Shown here one piece after another: positions 1 to 13,621 of a stretch of 64,000 nt of DNA. How positions within the stretch are numbered: position 1 is the first letter of the stretch; each line of letters starts with the position of its first letter. This DNA is from Amoeboaphelidium protococcarum X5 (taxonomy: Eukaryota > Fungi > Aphelidiomycota). The notes beneath the pieces are model-generated. The model saw nothing but the letters and a program-made list of their open reading frames with translations, was not told the DNA's origin and searched no databases. Made by a program: the position numbers and the translations under genes. The stretch is taken from contig JALDTO010000200.1 in assembly GCA_023515725.1 (NCBI GenBank), positions 186,001-250,000 on the forward strand, written 5' to 3'.

Positions 1-164
1 GATAGGTGGAGCATGTTTGAGCTTTAAGTTACATGTCTATTTTTATCACAATCAATTGGTTGTCACATTGAAACAGATCAAGTTGACTTTAATCTGCTAA
101 TTTTTGTTCGAAATTTGTAATATATATAGTCACTATCATATCATATTATATTAAAGAAAAGAAT

Positions 165-2867
165 ATGAATGTTTACTAGTTCAACAATGAATCTGTTCAG
201 TCAATAGCTGGTAGAAGGCTGGATTAGACTATTCCGTCTCAGACATTTACTACAATCGCCACTGTACTTGCCTGCATTATAACCTTGCGTCTTATAATCA
301 GTACCTTTAATAAAATCACGTCCTTGGTGCCACGATCAGCAGTCCTTCTGCATTATCTTATGAGTCTGTGTGTGGCGGCGTACTCAGTCTCTCTGTCTAT
401 TGAACTGAATCAAGTCGATTAGTCACAGCCATAAAGTGATTTTAAAATTTAACTGATTCGATGGTGTCTGCTTTTAAATAATGTATTTCTATTGCTGGGA
501 CCTTTTCACCTATCACTACTGCAGAAGGGTGCTAAATTCTCATTGAATCGATATTTCAAAGTCATCTTGTTTAGTGGCCAAGCTCTGTTTTGCGCCTTTA
601 ATGGCTACAATCTGTTTATATTGATGGCTGATTTTGATCTCTCCTCCTTTAGTCAGTTACTGTTTTGCTCTTGTGTGACGGCTTGTTATATGGTACCTTG
701 TATTATTTCTCTGTAATGGATGTGGTGTCATTATTGGTTGGCTGAATTTAATGAACGCCATTCATCATAGTTGGAATACACTTTGAGAAGTGAAGAGTGT
801 CAGCATGGATACTTTGAACAATGTGAGTCGTGTCATGTGCTTTTTATTGGCGTAAATCAGCAAGGCGGCAATCGACGAAGATTTTATATTCTGGTTACAT
901 CTGTGGTGGTTGTCCTTCTTGGATAACTTGGATATTTCATGTATTTTGACTACGTAAACGTTGCGAAAGGCATCTATAGTGTTGCGGCTATGATTACCTT
1001 CATCGTTTGCAATGTGGTGTATTTAATGTCATTGGTGGGATTTGGTGTGTACTTTTATCTTAACATGGCTCGCGGCGTTGCATCAGATGCGTCATAGTAT
1101 AATATGGCTGATATCGAGACTGATCGATATGCCGCTTCTGTGAAGGAGTCTCAGATCTTTGTAGAGGTGTAAGAAGGGAAATCTGGTGCTACAAAAGGCC
1201 ACGACAAAAAGTCGAATATTATAAAGTCTTCAGAGATCATGGAATCTTAGTCTCAGGCTTCCATTTTCTAATCCAATAATGCCAATGATTAAACTACCGA
1301 CATAGCTAAAGCAGATCACGCTGCCTCTAATGGCATGATCAATACTTTGACGACATTAGATGGTATGTATGCTAAAAAGTTAAAGAAGAATATGACTGGT
1401 TTATCTACTGCTACTGATGAAATTCTGGCTGTTGAGATTGTGGAGGATAAGGATGCGTAAATATAGAAGCGTGTCGCGTAATAGAGCAACTCAATAAGTG
1501 GTATGAAGACTGAATTACCTGCAATTTAGTCGTTTGGGGCTCTGGATGTTTTTCATACTATTGGAAATTCTAATTTGGATGCGGTCAGATAGGACGCTGG
1601 TATTAAATCTGCTGAACCAACAACTGGCGCTGCGCAGAGTTCTTTGACACCTCAACAGCCAGAGAAGCCGCGTCAGCCGTCAGAGCCAGTTAGGCCGGAA
1701 GGTGGCCGTAAAGAATCTGGGTTCTAAAGACCAAAAATTGTGCAGCCTAAGCCTGATGTTAAGCGACTATCATTAGTATTGTAACAAACAGGGAAGTTGG
1801 ACTCATTTTCAGAACCAAAACTGCCATCGCCTGGACAGTAAAAGAAAGATGCGAACAAAAACTAGCTTGGATAGTAGAGCTCATAAGTGTCATCCGGCTC
1901 TGAAAAATCCATTGTAAATGCTAATACTCTGACACCTCCTGCCAATCGTCCTTCTGCATCCTAGGTGTATCCTTCGGCGAATACTGCAGCACCATCGTCA
2001 CCTAAAGTAAAAGCCCCCCCTCCTCCGTTACCACCGAAAAAGAAGAATGCTGGAAACACGTCTGTCGCGTCACTGGCTGCTGCTCAATTGCAAGACTCTG
2101 CTCCATCTTCAAAGTTGGGCCTTCCAGTCTAGAATGTCGGTATGGATTTTGAAAAGAAATTGAGCTTAAAGCCAGAGTAGTCTTCCACAATGAAGAGGAA
2201 ACCAAGCAGTCTTTTTGCTGATGATGACGACGACGATGATCAAAATAACGACAACCAGGAAGCAGATAACGGAAAGTAGCGATAATTCAGAGACAGGCGA
2301 CAGTCATCTGATGGATTGTTCAGTGGTATCAAAAAAGCTTCAAATGAATCGCTTGACCAGAACAGAATGAGCTTTGAAATCGCAATTCCGGTGCCAACTT
2401 TGAATAGATCACAGCGGAAAATGATATTCTCGCTGGATGATATTCAGTCTGTGGTCAGCTGGCTCTAATCTAGGAATGGTATCAACTGCTCATCAGATGT
2501 CCTACCTCATGCAGACAAGTATAAATCATCTGATGAATACTTTTCAGCTGTGGTTGCAATCTTGAGGAAACTATCCGAGCCTCTGTTTTGTCACTTGGTA
2601 TTGTTCCTGATGCTGCGCGTAACTTCAGGTAAACCAATGTCTGCGTACTAGCGAATGGTATTTGCGTAAACTCCAGATAAATTGCAGTAATCAGATGCTG
2701 GAAAGTATGGCGATGAAAAGGTTGCAGGTGAATTTAAATAGCTGTTCAAGGCCGCGTTCCCGAATGCACCACCCCAATGTACTGAGTGGAACGACAAGTT
2801 TATCATGCCGGATGATGCAGAGAAGTTGTTTGTCACGTTGTAGTATCTAAAGAATAATACAATCTGA
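165..2867 (+). CDS. Putative 7TM (GPCR-like) membrane protein with long disordered Pro-rich tail and small C-terminal globular domain, ~900 aa
   Basis: ATG165 to TGA2865-2867 in one frame with TAR=Gln (spot-checked, includes ORF 492..716). Seven hydrophobic segments in the first ~300 aa; KAPPPPLPPKKK at ~2010-2045; C-terminal AILRKLSEPLF weakly RhoGAP-like. Confidence 0.7.
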
Positions 2868-3030
2868 ATGCGCTGTTCTTAAGAAGCAATATTATACGAG
2901 TCAAAACTATAGTGTGAAACAAGAAATAGTGTAGTTTATAGAGTAATAGATCAATACATACAAATGCATACAAATTTTATTTTACATCTCGATTTAAACG
3001 CGAACCATTTCTCAAATCAGAGAGAGAGAA

Positions 3031-3686
3031 ATGACGATCGAAACGGATGATAAAGCTTAGGGACTACCTCGGAAGGATATGGACCGCTTCAATACACCTG
3101 CAGATAAATAAGATGATAAAGAGCACTCTTCTTTGGTAATATTCTATATAGAAATAAAAGTGATCATTACTTTACTCGATATCAAGGTGTAGACAGATTT
3201 TGGAAACTTATTCAGAACGTAACCTTGCGCAAGACCCGCATTACTCACTGGAATTGGAACTGGACTTTCTTTGGGAGCTATTAGATATCACCTTTCACGT
3301 AAGACTGTAATCTTATATTGAATTATAACTCAATTACAATTTATGAGCTATATCTGTAATGTGTAGTAAACGTTTTGAGTGCAACAAATTACGCGTATGG
3401 ATCCTTCCTAATAACATCATTTATATATTGGTAATCTGGCTTTGACATTTTACATAGCATTCATACTCATTATTTATAATGTATTGAATAGTGATGTAGG
3501 CACGTGTGTTAATATCGACGAATAGAGATGGCCAAACGGGGAAATGTTATAAAAGCACCAATCAATGTGAAATCTATTCGCGACCTTGAGGATAGATATC
3601 AGGAGTTTATTGAACAAAAAGGACTGGATTAAGAGGAGGTATTCAATGAAGAACTCAAGTCTGACCCATCACTTAATAATAAATGA
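3031..3686 (+). CDS. COX20: Cytochrome c oxidase assembly factor COX20 (introns 3136-3192, 3299-3366, 3431-3499)
   Basis: Spliced translation gives QPCARPALLTGIGTGLSLGAIRY...ATNYAYGSFLITSFIYWHVCQYRR, matching the COX20 PC-R/GIG-G and W-xCQ pattern; GT...TGTAG introns; TGA stop. Confidence 0.8.
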
Positions 3687-3993
3687 ATGAATCAACTCTT
3701 CTTATTATCACCTTGGAACAGGTTCGTCATGATTTTACTGTCGTCGTTCTGTATCTTCTCCTCACCGTTTGCTTCTTTGTCTCCGCGTCGTCGTCTTTGC
3801 TTCTTCGTTCATCGTCGTCTCCGTGTCCCCGTTCCTTTCCGTTCGACTTTTATGTCGTCACTGCGTTTATATTCAGACAGATATTCTCCATAAGTGTACG
3901 CTTGTGTCTTATTTGTTTTTTTATTCAAGAGTTAGTTACATTATATACTGAATCATCAGAATAATAATAATAAGAATAATAATAATAATAATA

Positions 3994-4488
3994 ATGCTGA
4001 GTTCGAGTACAAAGTTCGCTCGTCAATCGCTGGCTATGGGTCAGAGTAGGAGCAGTATAATCTTTGGTGGTGGAAGATAGTAATTGATTTAGAGCAGATT
4101 CACTCAGACAGTTGCCAGGCCTGTGAATCGCCCAGAGAGTCCCCACCTGCAGATTTATGAGTTCCAGCTGCCTTGGCTAATGTCTATTGGGCACCGTGTT
4201 ACTGGGTGTGCATTGTCCGGTCTCACCTACTTTGCAGCGATTGGCTATGCTGCCAGTCCTGCAGTGTTCAGTTCCGCGTCCATGGTGGGAGCTGTGCATT
4301 TTGTCCCTCTACTACCACTATTGATGAAAGTTGGTTTGAGTGCGCCGTTTGCATATCACTCATTCAATGGTATCAGACACTTGCTGTGGGATTATGGCTA
4401 CTGTCTGGCCCTAAAGCAAGTGTATGCCACTGGATATGCTGTCGGAGGTCTTACCGTTCTCAGCACTGCTTATTTGTGCTCATTATGA
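3994..4488 (+). CDS. SDH3: Succinate dehydrogenase cytochrome b subunit (SDHC)
   Basis: NRPESPHLQIY, SIGHRVTG, YHSFNGIRHLLWD motifs; Arg/Ser-rich presequence from ATG3994 read through TAR codons. Confidence 0.95.
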
Positions 4489-4827
4489 TTACCTGCTTGA
4501 ATTGGTGAATTATAAAAAGATTTTAGCTCATTCATTATTATTTTGCATTAGTATTAGGTGATTGAGTAATGATAGTAGATGTAGTGATTCGACACCTTAA
4601 TTTACGGTGAATTTAATCTCGCTGTATTAATTTGCTTCATTAGTATTGATTTCAGATTCAATAATACGTCTATACTTTTAGAGTATTTAAACAACATTCA
4701 ACGTGACGAATTATCAACTGGAACGCTACGATTTCTTCTTTCCAGTTGAAATCGAGTTCAATTTCTTTTCTTGTTGAGCAGTGCCACCACATTGGCTAAA
4801 ATAACTTAGTTCTATCATTTTTTCAGT

Positions 4828-7596
4828 ATGACTGTGACAATTGAAGATAAAGAGATTATTTAGACAAAGGATGCTGTGGTGGAAAGTGCATAGTATATAG
4901 CAGTGTCTCTGGACGGATAGATGAGTGGTGTGACTGAGGATGGTAGAGTGTTGTGGAATAAGCGTGTGGCGAATGGAATTATCAGGACTAGATATTAGTA
5001 GGTGCCATGGCTCTAATCTGATTCTTAATATCATAGGAACGATCCACCTGCTGCTACTGCTCAGTATTCTCTCATTGTAGAGCCGCATGGTGATGGAGCG
5101 ATTTACATGGCGGAACCAATGCAGAAATTGAAGCGATTGCCTCTTACGGTAAAGCAGTTGATCAATCACTCGCCATTCTCTGTTGATGGTCAAGTATTCG
5201 TGGGCTCTACTAAGTCTTAGGTGATTTCTATAGATTTGCGCACCGGTTAAAAGGTTACATAGTTTGCAGATACTGGCGATAAAGATGTTGATGATGATGA
5301 CCAGGATCATTTTACTTAATCTTATGGATATCCTTTTGAAAACGTCAAATAGAATAGTATTGTTAGCGTTGGTGTCACAGAGTATAGTGTACTTTTATAT
5401 GATGCTGATGATAGTAGACTCCCGAAGTGGAATGTCACTTATACAGTGGTGTCATCTATAGATTTTGCAGAAGTTTTACGAGATTAATAATCTGGGTATT
5501 AGATGGGTGAAGATGTTCAGTTTTATCCATCTCTGGATGGCTCTCTAGTTCATGTTCGGTCAGGCATTTAGAATCCAGGTGGCGGTGGATGGAAGGTTGA
5601 TTTAGGTGCGCCAGTGGTATCCTTGTTTACGGTTTAGCGTACTCTGGATGAACGTTGTTACTTGTCACAAGTCACTCTGTCACCGCCGCATCTATCTTTG
5701 ACTCAGGATTATCACGTTCGAGTACATAAAGGCTCTTTGTATCTTTTAGATGGAGCTAAATACTTTGGATAATATGAGATACAGTCATAAGATCCTGGAT
5801 TATCTAAAGATCTTGCATAGTCTCCCTATGTCATTGTGGATGGAGACTCTTAATCTTAGTATTAGCAGCAATCATCATTGATGGTGAGGGATGTATGTCT
5901 TGCCAACTGTCGCGTTGGCTAGTCTAATTATCCATACTGTCTTGCCGGTCGATATGAATATGCAGCTGTGGATTATGGAGACTTGTCTCTTGTCCCATTT
6001 CAACCTAAAGATGTAGCTCCCATCATCAAGTAACCATCATCGTCATCAGGTGGACAATTATCTATCGCTCCTTCAACTGGTAGTTGGAATCTCGGCATTG
6101 ACTTTAGAATTATTCTGTTCACTCTGATAATCTCCATCATTGTACCTCTACTGTATTTCGCTGTATAAAAGATTTATCATTAATTTACTGTTTATGGTGA
6201 CTCTGAATAGAAGTAGACTAAGCGTAGACGAAAGCGGCCGTAGAAAAAGAATAAAGCTGTTAATAATGCAGCTGATTCTCAGGATTAAAGCAATGGTCCA
6301 GTATATAGCTAGAAGTAGGATTAATTTGTTAATAATGGTAGTAGTTTATCCGTGGATGAGGATTAGATTGTTGGATACGGATCGCATGGCACAGTGGTAT
6401 TTAAAGGCCACTTTCATGGGCGATAGATTGCGGTGAAGAGATTACTGGTCAATTTTTATGACATTGCTACTAAGGAGGTGGATTCATTACTCAAAGCTGA
6501 TCATCATTCAAATGTGGTGCGTTATTACTGTCAAGAGACCAGGGATTAATTTTTGTACATTGGCTTGGAGTTATGTCTCGCCTCGTTATACGAAGTTGTG
6601 GAATCTGCATCTACGACTAAGTATCAGAGTATCGTTGATAATCTGGATGAATAAAAGTTGATCAGAGAGATTAGCCTGGGGATTGGGCATTTACATCAGC
6701 TCAATATTGTTCATCGGGATATCAAGCCATAGAATATACTGATTGCGCATAACAATGGATAATATCGTGCAGTGATTAGCGATTTTGGATTGTGTAAGAA
6801 ACTGGCAGATGACCAAGACAGCTTTCATCATACAGCAATGCAGAGTGGTGGCACTAATGGATGGCGTGCGCCCGAGACCATATTTGCCACTTCAGGTGCT
6901 AATTATATGGAGAATATGATGCGACTGACTCGTGCGGTAGATGTCTTCTCCGCCGGATTAGTATTCTATTTTATACTTACTCATGGTAGTCATCCGTATG
7001 GTGATAGATTTGCCCGGGAATAGAATATAATTAATGATGTGAAAACTATTGACTTGGATGAAGATGCTGCTGAATCTGCAGACTTGGTATAGAATATGAT
7101 CAGATTTCATCCGGATGATAGGCCGTCAATGGACACTGTAATAATGCATCCGTTCTTTTGGCCCCTATCTAAACGCTTACAATTCCTCTCCGATCTATCC
7201 GACCGTTTGGATGTAGAAGATAAAGCATCATCTGCCATGATTGCTGATTTTAATAACCTGGGCTAACAGGTGTTCTCACCCTCAGGATGGCATAATAAAG
7301 TGGACAAGCGACTGTTTGCCAATCTGGGCAAGTATCGCAAGTATGACAATGATAGTCTCACGGATTTGCTGCGAGCAATGCGAAATAAGCGAAATCATTA
7401 TAACGACCTACCTCAAGAATTATAAACAGTTATGGGTCCCATTCCTGATGGATACTACACGTATTTTAACACTCGATTCCCATAGCTGTTGATGATTGCA
7501 TACAACTTTGTGCTATCTCAAACCTCCTCTCTCATGACTGAACCTCTCTTTTAGTAGTATCTCCTCAACAAGCTTCCTCCTCATAAGTCTCTTTGA
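4828..7596 (+). CDS. IRE1: IRE1 ER-stress kinase/endoribonuclease
   Basis: Luminal domain (SLDG, IVEPHGDGAIY, LPLTVKQLINHSPF), TM IILFTLIISIIVPLLYFAV, kinase GYGSHGTVVF/AVKR/HRDIKPQN (Q=TAG 6730-6732)/ISDFGLCKKL, KEN domain DLLRAMRNKRNHY. True start uncertain. Confidence 0.95.
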
Positions 7597-7708
7597 TTTT
7601 GCATTGGTGGATAGATAACTGTCATAGAAGTAGCTTCATTCGAAGTCCGAATAAGATGAATATTATAAATTATAGAATGAATTAAAGGATACATGATATG
7701 TTCATATT

Positions 7709-8211
7709 TCATAAAGCCTCTGCTGTACCATCACGCGGTCTGTACACAATTCCACGCTCTTCCAGATCCTCAACAATATCTCCAGGCAGGCGACCAAACA
7801 CCTGAACTGCATAAACTCCACGCGTAAATTTATCCAATCGTTACCATCTAGCCACCCAACTATCATCTGGCTCCATTAATGATACGACTCTACATTATAA
7901 TTATAGATATCAAATCCAAATAATTTGATAGTAGTTTTCATAACATTAATAAAATATACTATACCCGCTGAAATTAGGTGAAGTGCAATCATACACTCGA
8001 TCCATGTTGTCTCTCATCTAGAGCACTTGCTCACAATTATCACAGCCATCTCGTCGAAATTAATTCTAATTCTACCAATTATTAATTTACAATATAATTT
8101 ATGATACAATCAAGTACGCTTCTAGATTAAATAATATATCTATAATCATACCTTGACAAGGGAACATAGGAGGCAAGCTCGCAATTTCTTGGTACCCTCA
8201 ACAGAGCCCAT
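7709..8211 (-). CDS. SPT4: Transcription elongation factor Spt4 (introns 8072-8151, 7890-7964)
   Basis: [11 protein letters not shown]|[13 protein letters not shown]...CTSPNFSG|[17 protein letters not shown]...[12 protein letters not shown]...YRPRDG; TGA stop. Confidence 0.93.
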
Positions 8212-8474
8212 ACTAATACTTTATACTTTATCTCTAGGTAGGAGTATATTATATTAAACAATATTGAGAGATACAATTGATATTTATTAAACGATTTCCT
8301 TCAAAATATAACAAGCTCCGTTTACTAACACTATGATGAAGATCCTCTTTGTCTGATGAAAGAGAAAAGAAAATCTCTTCTCTCTTTAACACAAGGCATA
8401 GGCTGTATCGCATTTAAGTTGAAAGCTTTGGTTTATTTATTAATCACTAGTAAAGTTTGTGAGTAATAGAGTAT

Positions 8475-10559
8475 ATGAGAGCGTTGACCTTGGCCACGTG
8501 CAGTCTTAATTAATGGGCTCTTGATTTTAGTGGCAACTTGGATAGAATAAGAGAGTCCATTAGGGTGTCCAAGAGTCGAGGTGCCGTGTATAGACTTGGT
8601 CCAGAGCTGGAAATTTGCGGATATGGTTGTAACGATCACTTTTATGAGACTGATACTTTTGATCATTGCTGGGAGGTACTTTGCGAGTTGTTGAATGACA
8701 AATCGCTGCATGAGATTATTATAGATGTTGGTATGCCCGTGTGTCATAAAAGTGTCCGCTATAATTGTCGAGTTTTGTGTCATAATGGACAGATTCTCTT
8801 CATCAGACCGAAGCTCTACTTGGCCAATGATGGTAATTACAGGGAGAGTAGATGGTTTACACCGTGGCTGAAGCATAGATCGAGCGAAGATTATCACCTA
8901 CCTCAGAGTGTATCGCAAGTCACCGGGTAGCGTTCTGTGAAGATTGGAGATTTGGTTCTCAGGTGCGGTGATGCTGTACTAGGCTCAGAGGTGTGCGAAG
9001 AGCTGTTCACTCCTCAGTCGCCTCATATCACTTAGTCTTTTGATGGAGTAGAAGTATTTACTAATGGCTCTGCTAGTCATCATGAGTTGAGAAAGTTGAC
9101 GCGGCGTCTGTCACTCATTCAGGAAGCTATGCGTAAAGTTGGTGGTGTGTATATGTATGCTAATCAGCAGGGATGTGATGGTGAACGAGTATATTATGAC
9201 GGGTGTGCATTAATCTCTGTAAATGGTCATATAGTGGCTCAAGGTTCTCAGTTCTCCCTTAATGATGTGGAAGTTGTTACTGCCACGATAGATTTGGACG
9301 AGGTACTTTCCTATAGAGGTTCTCTGATCAGTCGTGGTTTATAAGCTAGTTCTGTGTAATCTTATCCGTACTATGCATTTGATTAATACATATGCAAATC
9401 ATCTGATTCAATGGCGGAGATAACATAGGCTATGGAGCCGCGCTGCTATACACCAGAACAAGAGATAAGTCTCGGTCCGGCGTGTTGGCTCTGGGATTAT
9501 CTGAGACGGTCTGGTATGCGAGGCTTTTTCCTTCCACTATCGGGTGGTATTGACAGTTGCTCTACCGCCATTCTTGTTTACTCAATGTGTCGTCTGGTGT
9601 ATGATAAGTATACTAACGATCCGTAATGTCAGTATCATATTCAAGATGTTAAGAGGGTGATTGGCTCAGATGATCTGCCCACCTCACCTCAAGATTTATG
9701 TAACCGCATACTCCACACTTGTTATATGGGATCCTCCAATTCAACTTAGTAGACAAGAGAACGTGCTCTCACTTTATCCAAAAGTATTGGATCATTTCAT
9801 ATGGACGTTAATATTGATGGTATAGTGGAGTCTTTTGTGTCCTTGTTATCTGCAGTTCTTCAATTTGTGCCTAGGTACAAAGTTCATGGTGGCTCTTAGG
9901 CCGAGAACCTGGTTTTGCAGAATATTTAGGCTAGGACGCGGATGGTGTTGTCATATGCCATGGCGCAGTTGCTGCCTTTGTATAGAGGCCGTGAAGGAAG
10001 TCTGCTCGTCCTGGGCAGTGCTAATGTGGATGAATGTCTGCGTGGTTATTTTACCAAGTATGATTGCTCTAGTGCTGATATTAATCCAATAGGTTCAATA
10101 TCTAAAGCAGACTTGAAGTCATTTATATAATATGCAAAGTTGGAGTTTAATCTTCCCGTCCTAGAAGACTTTATAAGTGCTGTTCCTAGTGCCGAGTTGG
10201 AGCCTGTAACTGCTGATTATGTACAAAGTGACGAGGCTGATATGGGTGTAACTTACGATGATTTATCACTATTTGGACGATTGCGTAAAATTCATCGCCT
10301 AGGACCAGTCAGTATGTATAAGCATTTAGTATCATAGTATTGGGATGGCGTGAAAAGTGTTGCGGATATTCAGTAGACAGTCTGTAAACTTTTCAGATTC
10401 TACTCTATCAATAGGCACAAAATGACAACTCTCACGCCGTCGTACCATGCAGAGTCCTACTCGCCTGATGATAATCGCTTCGATCTGCGCCCATTTTTGT
10501 ATAATAGTCAGTGGTCATGGTAATTTAACAAAATTAAGTAGCTAGCTCAAGACAAGTGA
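8475..10559 (+). CDS. QNS1: Glutamine-dependent NAD+ synthetase
   Basis: ATCSLNQWALDF (Q=TAA 8511-8513), [76 protein letters not shown]. Confidence 0.97.
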
Positions 10560-10600
10560 CTTGTATAATCAATATCATCATTAAAATTGTTTACATTTGA

Positions 10601-12080
10601 TCACAATTCCATATCTTTTGCATAAAGTCCACTGATTTCTGATAAGAACAGCGTCTTATTGTTCACGATAAACTGCAGAAACTGCTATCTATCCTCCAGC
10701 AATTGGCTAAACTTTTCTCTGGTTAGCTTTTCCTCAGCTACACAAAATTTCGAAATTAAATCAAGTAATTTATAGTATGCAGTCAATACTATACTTACAA
10801 TATTCGCGAACACGGTCTGCGGTCTCTGATTGATTCAATGCCTCGATCTGCTCCACGATTTCTTTGGTGTTGACGCTTTAAAGCACGTCCTTTATCTTGT
10901 ACAAATGCGTCAGCTTTGTCATCTCAATCTGATATTTCTCTTCATGCTCCATCGACTTGACAATATCGCGCAATTCTACTTCTCTAAACGTTCGCCAGTC
11001 CAACTTTTGTTCAACTTGCGCAGATTAAGAAGCTGAATTGATGGCAGAGATCTCGTTACTTTCAATCACTTACTGAATAGCATCAACCCATAACTTGAAT
11101 TCATTTTCATCACTTGCTTGGAGTACAACATTATTTTATGCACAGATTTGAAAACAGTGCGACTTCATATTCTCCTTTGAGACATCCAGAACGGACGTGA
11201 TTACAGCAGTCAAAATAACTTTGCAATCCTTCTCTGCAACATTCTCTTTATCAGCATAGATTAGCTTGTCTTCATACAATGTGAAGTACTGTCTCTTCCA
11301 ATTTTTAGTGAATGTGCCCTAATTTTTACTCTTCTTTGCCAGAAATCCTTTTTTAATCAGCGATTTATCCGTGGTGGTTGAAAAGTAATTCTGGAATCCA
11401 CTAAGCACTTTTAAGATTTTAAGCTTCTTCTTCTACAACTCTGCAGACACCTTGATATCGCGAATCTTCTGCTCCAATAGTAAGAATGACAAATTATACA
11501 CTAGCTGCTGTTAGATTGAATTGCATAATGCTTCAGCCTGCTTAATTATCTAATCTTGCGAAATCTGGATAAACAGCTAACGATCTCCAGCTTCAGTTTC
11601 GTTGTACTTGACTTTAAGATTCATCACTGTGCTGACAAATGCATTTAGATTGCTCAATACATCGTCAAAAGTAACCCGCTCATCATCATAACATCTAATA
11701 CCGTTGAGCAAATCAGTAATCTTACTCAGTATGATTTTCACTTGAGCATCACACTTGCTCTTAATCCCAAGCATCATTTCATCTGGTTTCAGAGTTCCCG
11801 TTTGGGATGTTTCACTGATTCCAGAGCGAAGGTCCGAGACATTGAACAATAAACTTCTAAACAGGCACACGTATTGTTAACACTTCTATTCATTGTAATC
11901 GGCCACCAGTTTGTTCTTGAAAACTTCATTAAAATCAAGTACTGACTTCTTCTTTCGCTGAGTCTTGGTATTTCTCATCGTCAGGACTTGATCAACCACT
12001 GAAGCTTAGTCTTTTGCTTCATCGACATCTGAAGTAACAAATTGATTTGGCTGTGTCTTGCTCTTTTTAAGATTAAACAT
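10601..12080 (-). CDS. PH-domain protein (intron 10738-10798)
   Basis: IKKGFLAKKSKNQGTFTKNWKRQYFTLYEDKLIY...QASDENEFKLWVDAIQ is a classic PH signature; frame continuous from ATG12080 to TGA10601-10603 after splicing. Confidence 0.8.
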
Positions 12081-12447
12081 GATTTACTTTACTTTCGCTC
12101 AGCAATTATTAATTAAAAAGCAGATACTATGAAGAAGAATTGGAGCCTTTAAACAAAGAAATGATGTTTAAATCTGGCTGTCGTCAAGTTGCCATGATCG
12201 TACAAACGTATTGAGCATATCGCGGTTGCATAGTGTAAAACAATCCAAATTAAAGCTAATGTTAAAGCATCTCAAAATCATCTACAAAATAGACAAGAAA
12301 TATTATCAAACGCGGTATAGTCAGTCAAGGAAGTGTGGCTTATTAATGAGAGAAGGATGAGACAACAGATCATCAGGGGTGCTGGCCAATGCTGTGATTA
12401 TGAAAGCATGTCTTAAAATCTTCTCATCTTCAGAGCAACTGAACAAC

Positions 12448-13413
12448 ATGTCGGACAATAAACTAAAAACTAATAGAATGATCGGATATAAGCCATCTAT
12501 ATTTGGCGCAGTTGGAATCACGCTCCTGCTTGCTGTCACGACATGCTATCTAATGTATACAACGAGTTTTGGTAGTCGTTCTTTTGAGGCCGGGATAGCT
12601 CGCGAGCGTGGTAACGATTACAGTAGCAAGTATGGTGTCAAGATGGCGGTACCAGATGTTTCCATAATTGACTTCAAGGCTCGTATAGCAGCACGTGACG
12701 GTTGGTATCCTGTAGTTCGTGGTTTCCGCACTCCATACTCTTATTTGAATTTGACTCTGGTCAAAACTGATGCCGCAGAGATTCAGGTGAAGATCGAGAC
12801 GGACGCCAATAACAAGCATGATGAGTACACTGTCTTCAGCGGATATCTGACTCCAAGTTATCGTGTCATTTCTATCCCCCGCTTCTCCCTCACTGAGATG
12901 GATGACTCGTACTCTGTGTACATTAAAGTTGACCATGAAGATTCTCGTAATGTTTTGCTCTAGGTAATTAGTATGCCAGCTCCGGTCGGCCGGTACTCCT
13001 CATACTCGGAGGTCACCAGCATCACTCCAGCAAAGAGCCTTGATATTAGTATTTTGCATTCTGAATCCGGTCTTACCTATGAGTATTATCCAACGGTGCA
13101 AAATCTTACTTATGATCAACAGAAATTTGGACCACTGGTTTTAGGCGTCGACTTTGTGTTGAGATAAGGTAATGATTACAACATCACGCTGAGCAGTCAC
13201 GAGTGGAAGGTTGGTGGGAAAGAATTCTGGTCTCTGTCAGCCAGACCACTTATTGTTGATTTTAACCAGATCGGCTTGTACAGCGATTGGGATCGCCAGG
13301 ACACTTAAACGTACTTGAAGTATTACGTGAAGGATGGTGACAAGGATGTGGTAATAAACGGGACTTTCGGATATATTGCTATCTCTCTATCTGAGGTCTT
13401 ACCGGATTACTGA
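12448..13413 (+). CDS. Orphan type II membrane protein, family member A (~321 aa)
   Basis: Open frame with TAR=Gln; one N-terminal hydrophobic helix (IFGAVGITLLLAVTTCYLMY) then a beta-strand-like ectodomain; visibly homologous to 49922..50854. Alternative in-frame ATG at 12400. Confidence 0.8.
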
Positions 13414-13613
13414 AGTAAAAACTATCCGTATAAAATGTGAGCGATACGAGGTTTAAAAAAAGAAATCTAAATAATATACACTACGATTTTTATGCGAAAT
13501 TTTGCACCTTAATACTGTCACAATGACTGATTGTAATTACAAGTACAGTAGTGAGAGAATCGATGCCGCGTCATGCGACTGTTTTACTGCAACAACATCT
13601 GATTGTTTCAAAT

Positions 13614-13621
13614 GCGCGAAA
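13614..13621 (-). promoter_or_regulatory. Candidate E2F site (TTTCGCGC) upstream of the Rb-family gene
   Basis: GCGCGAAA on + strand about 250 bp upstream of ATG13871; exact match to TTTSSCGC. Confidence 0.35.

Noticed and set aside
3683-3964. Overlapping short ORFs on both strands between COX20 and SDH3
   Set aside because: CT-rich low-complexity intergenic sequence with no recognisable motif; probably promoter or UTR.
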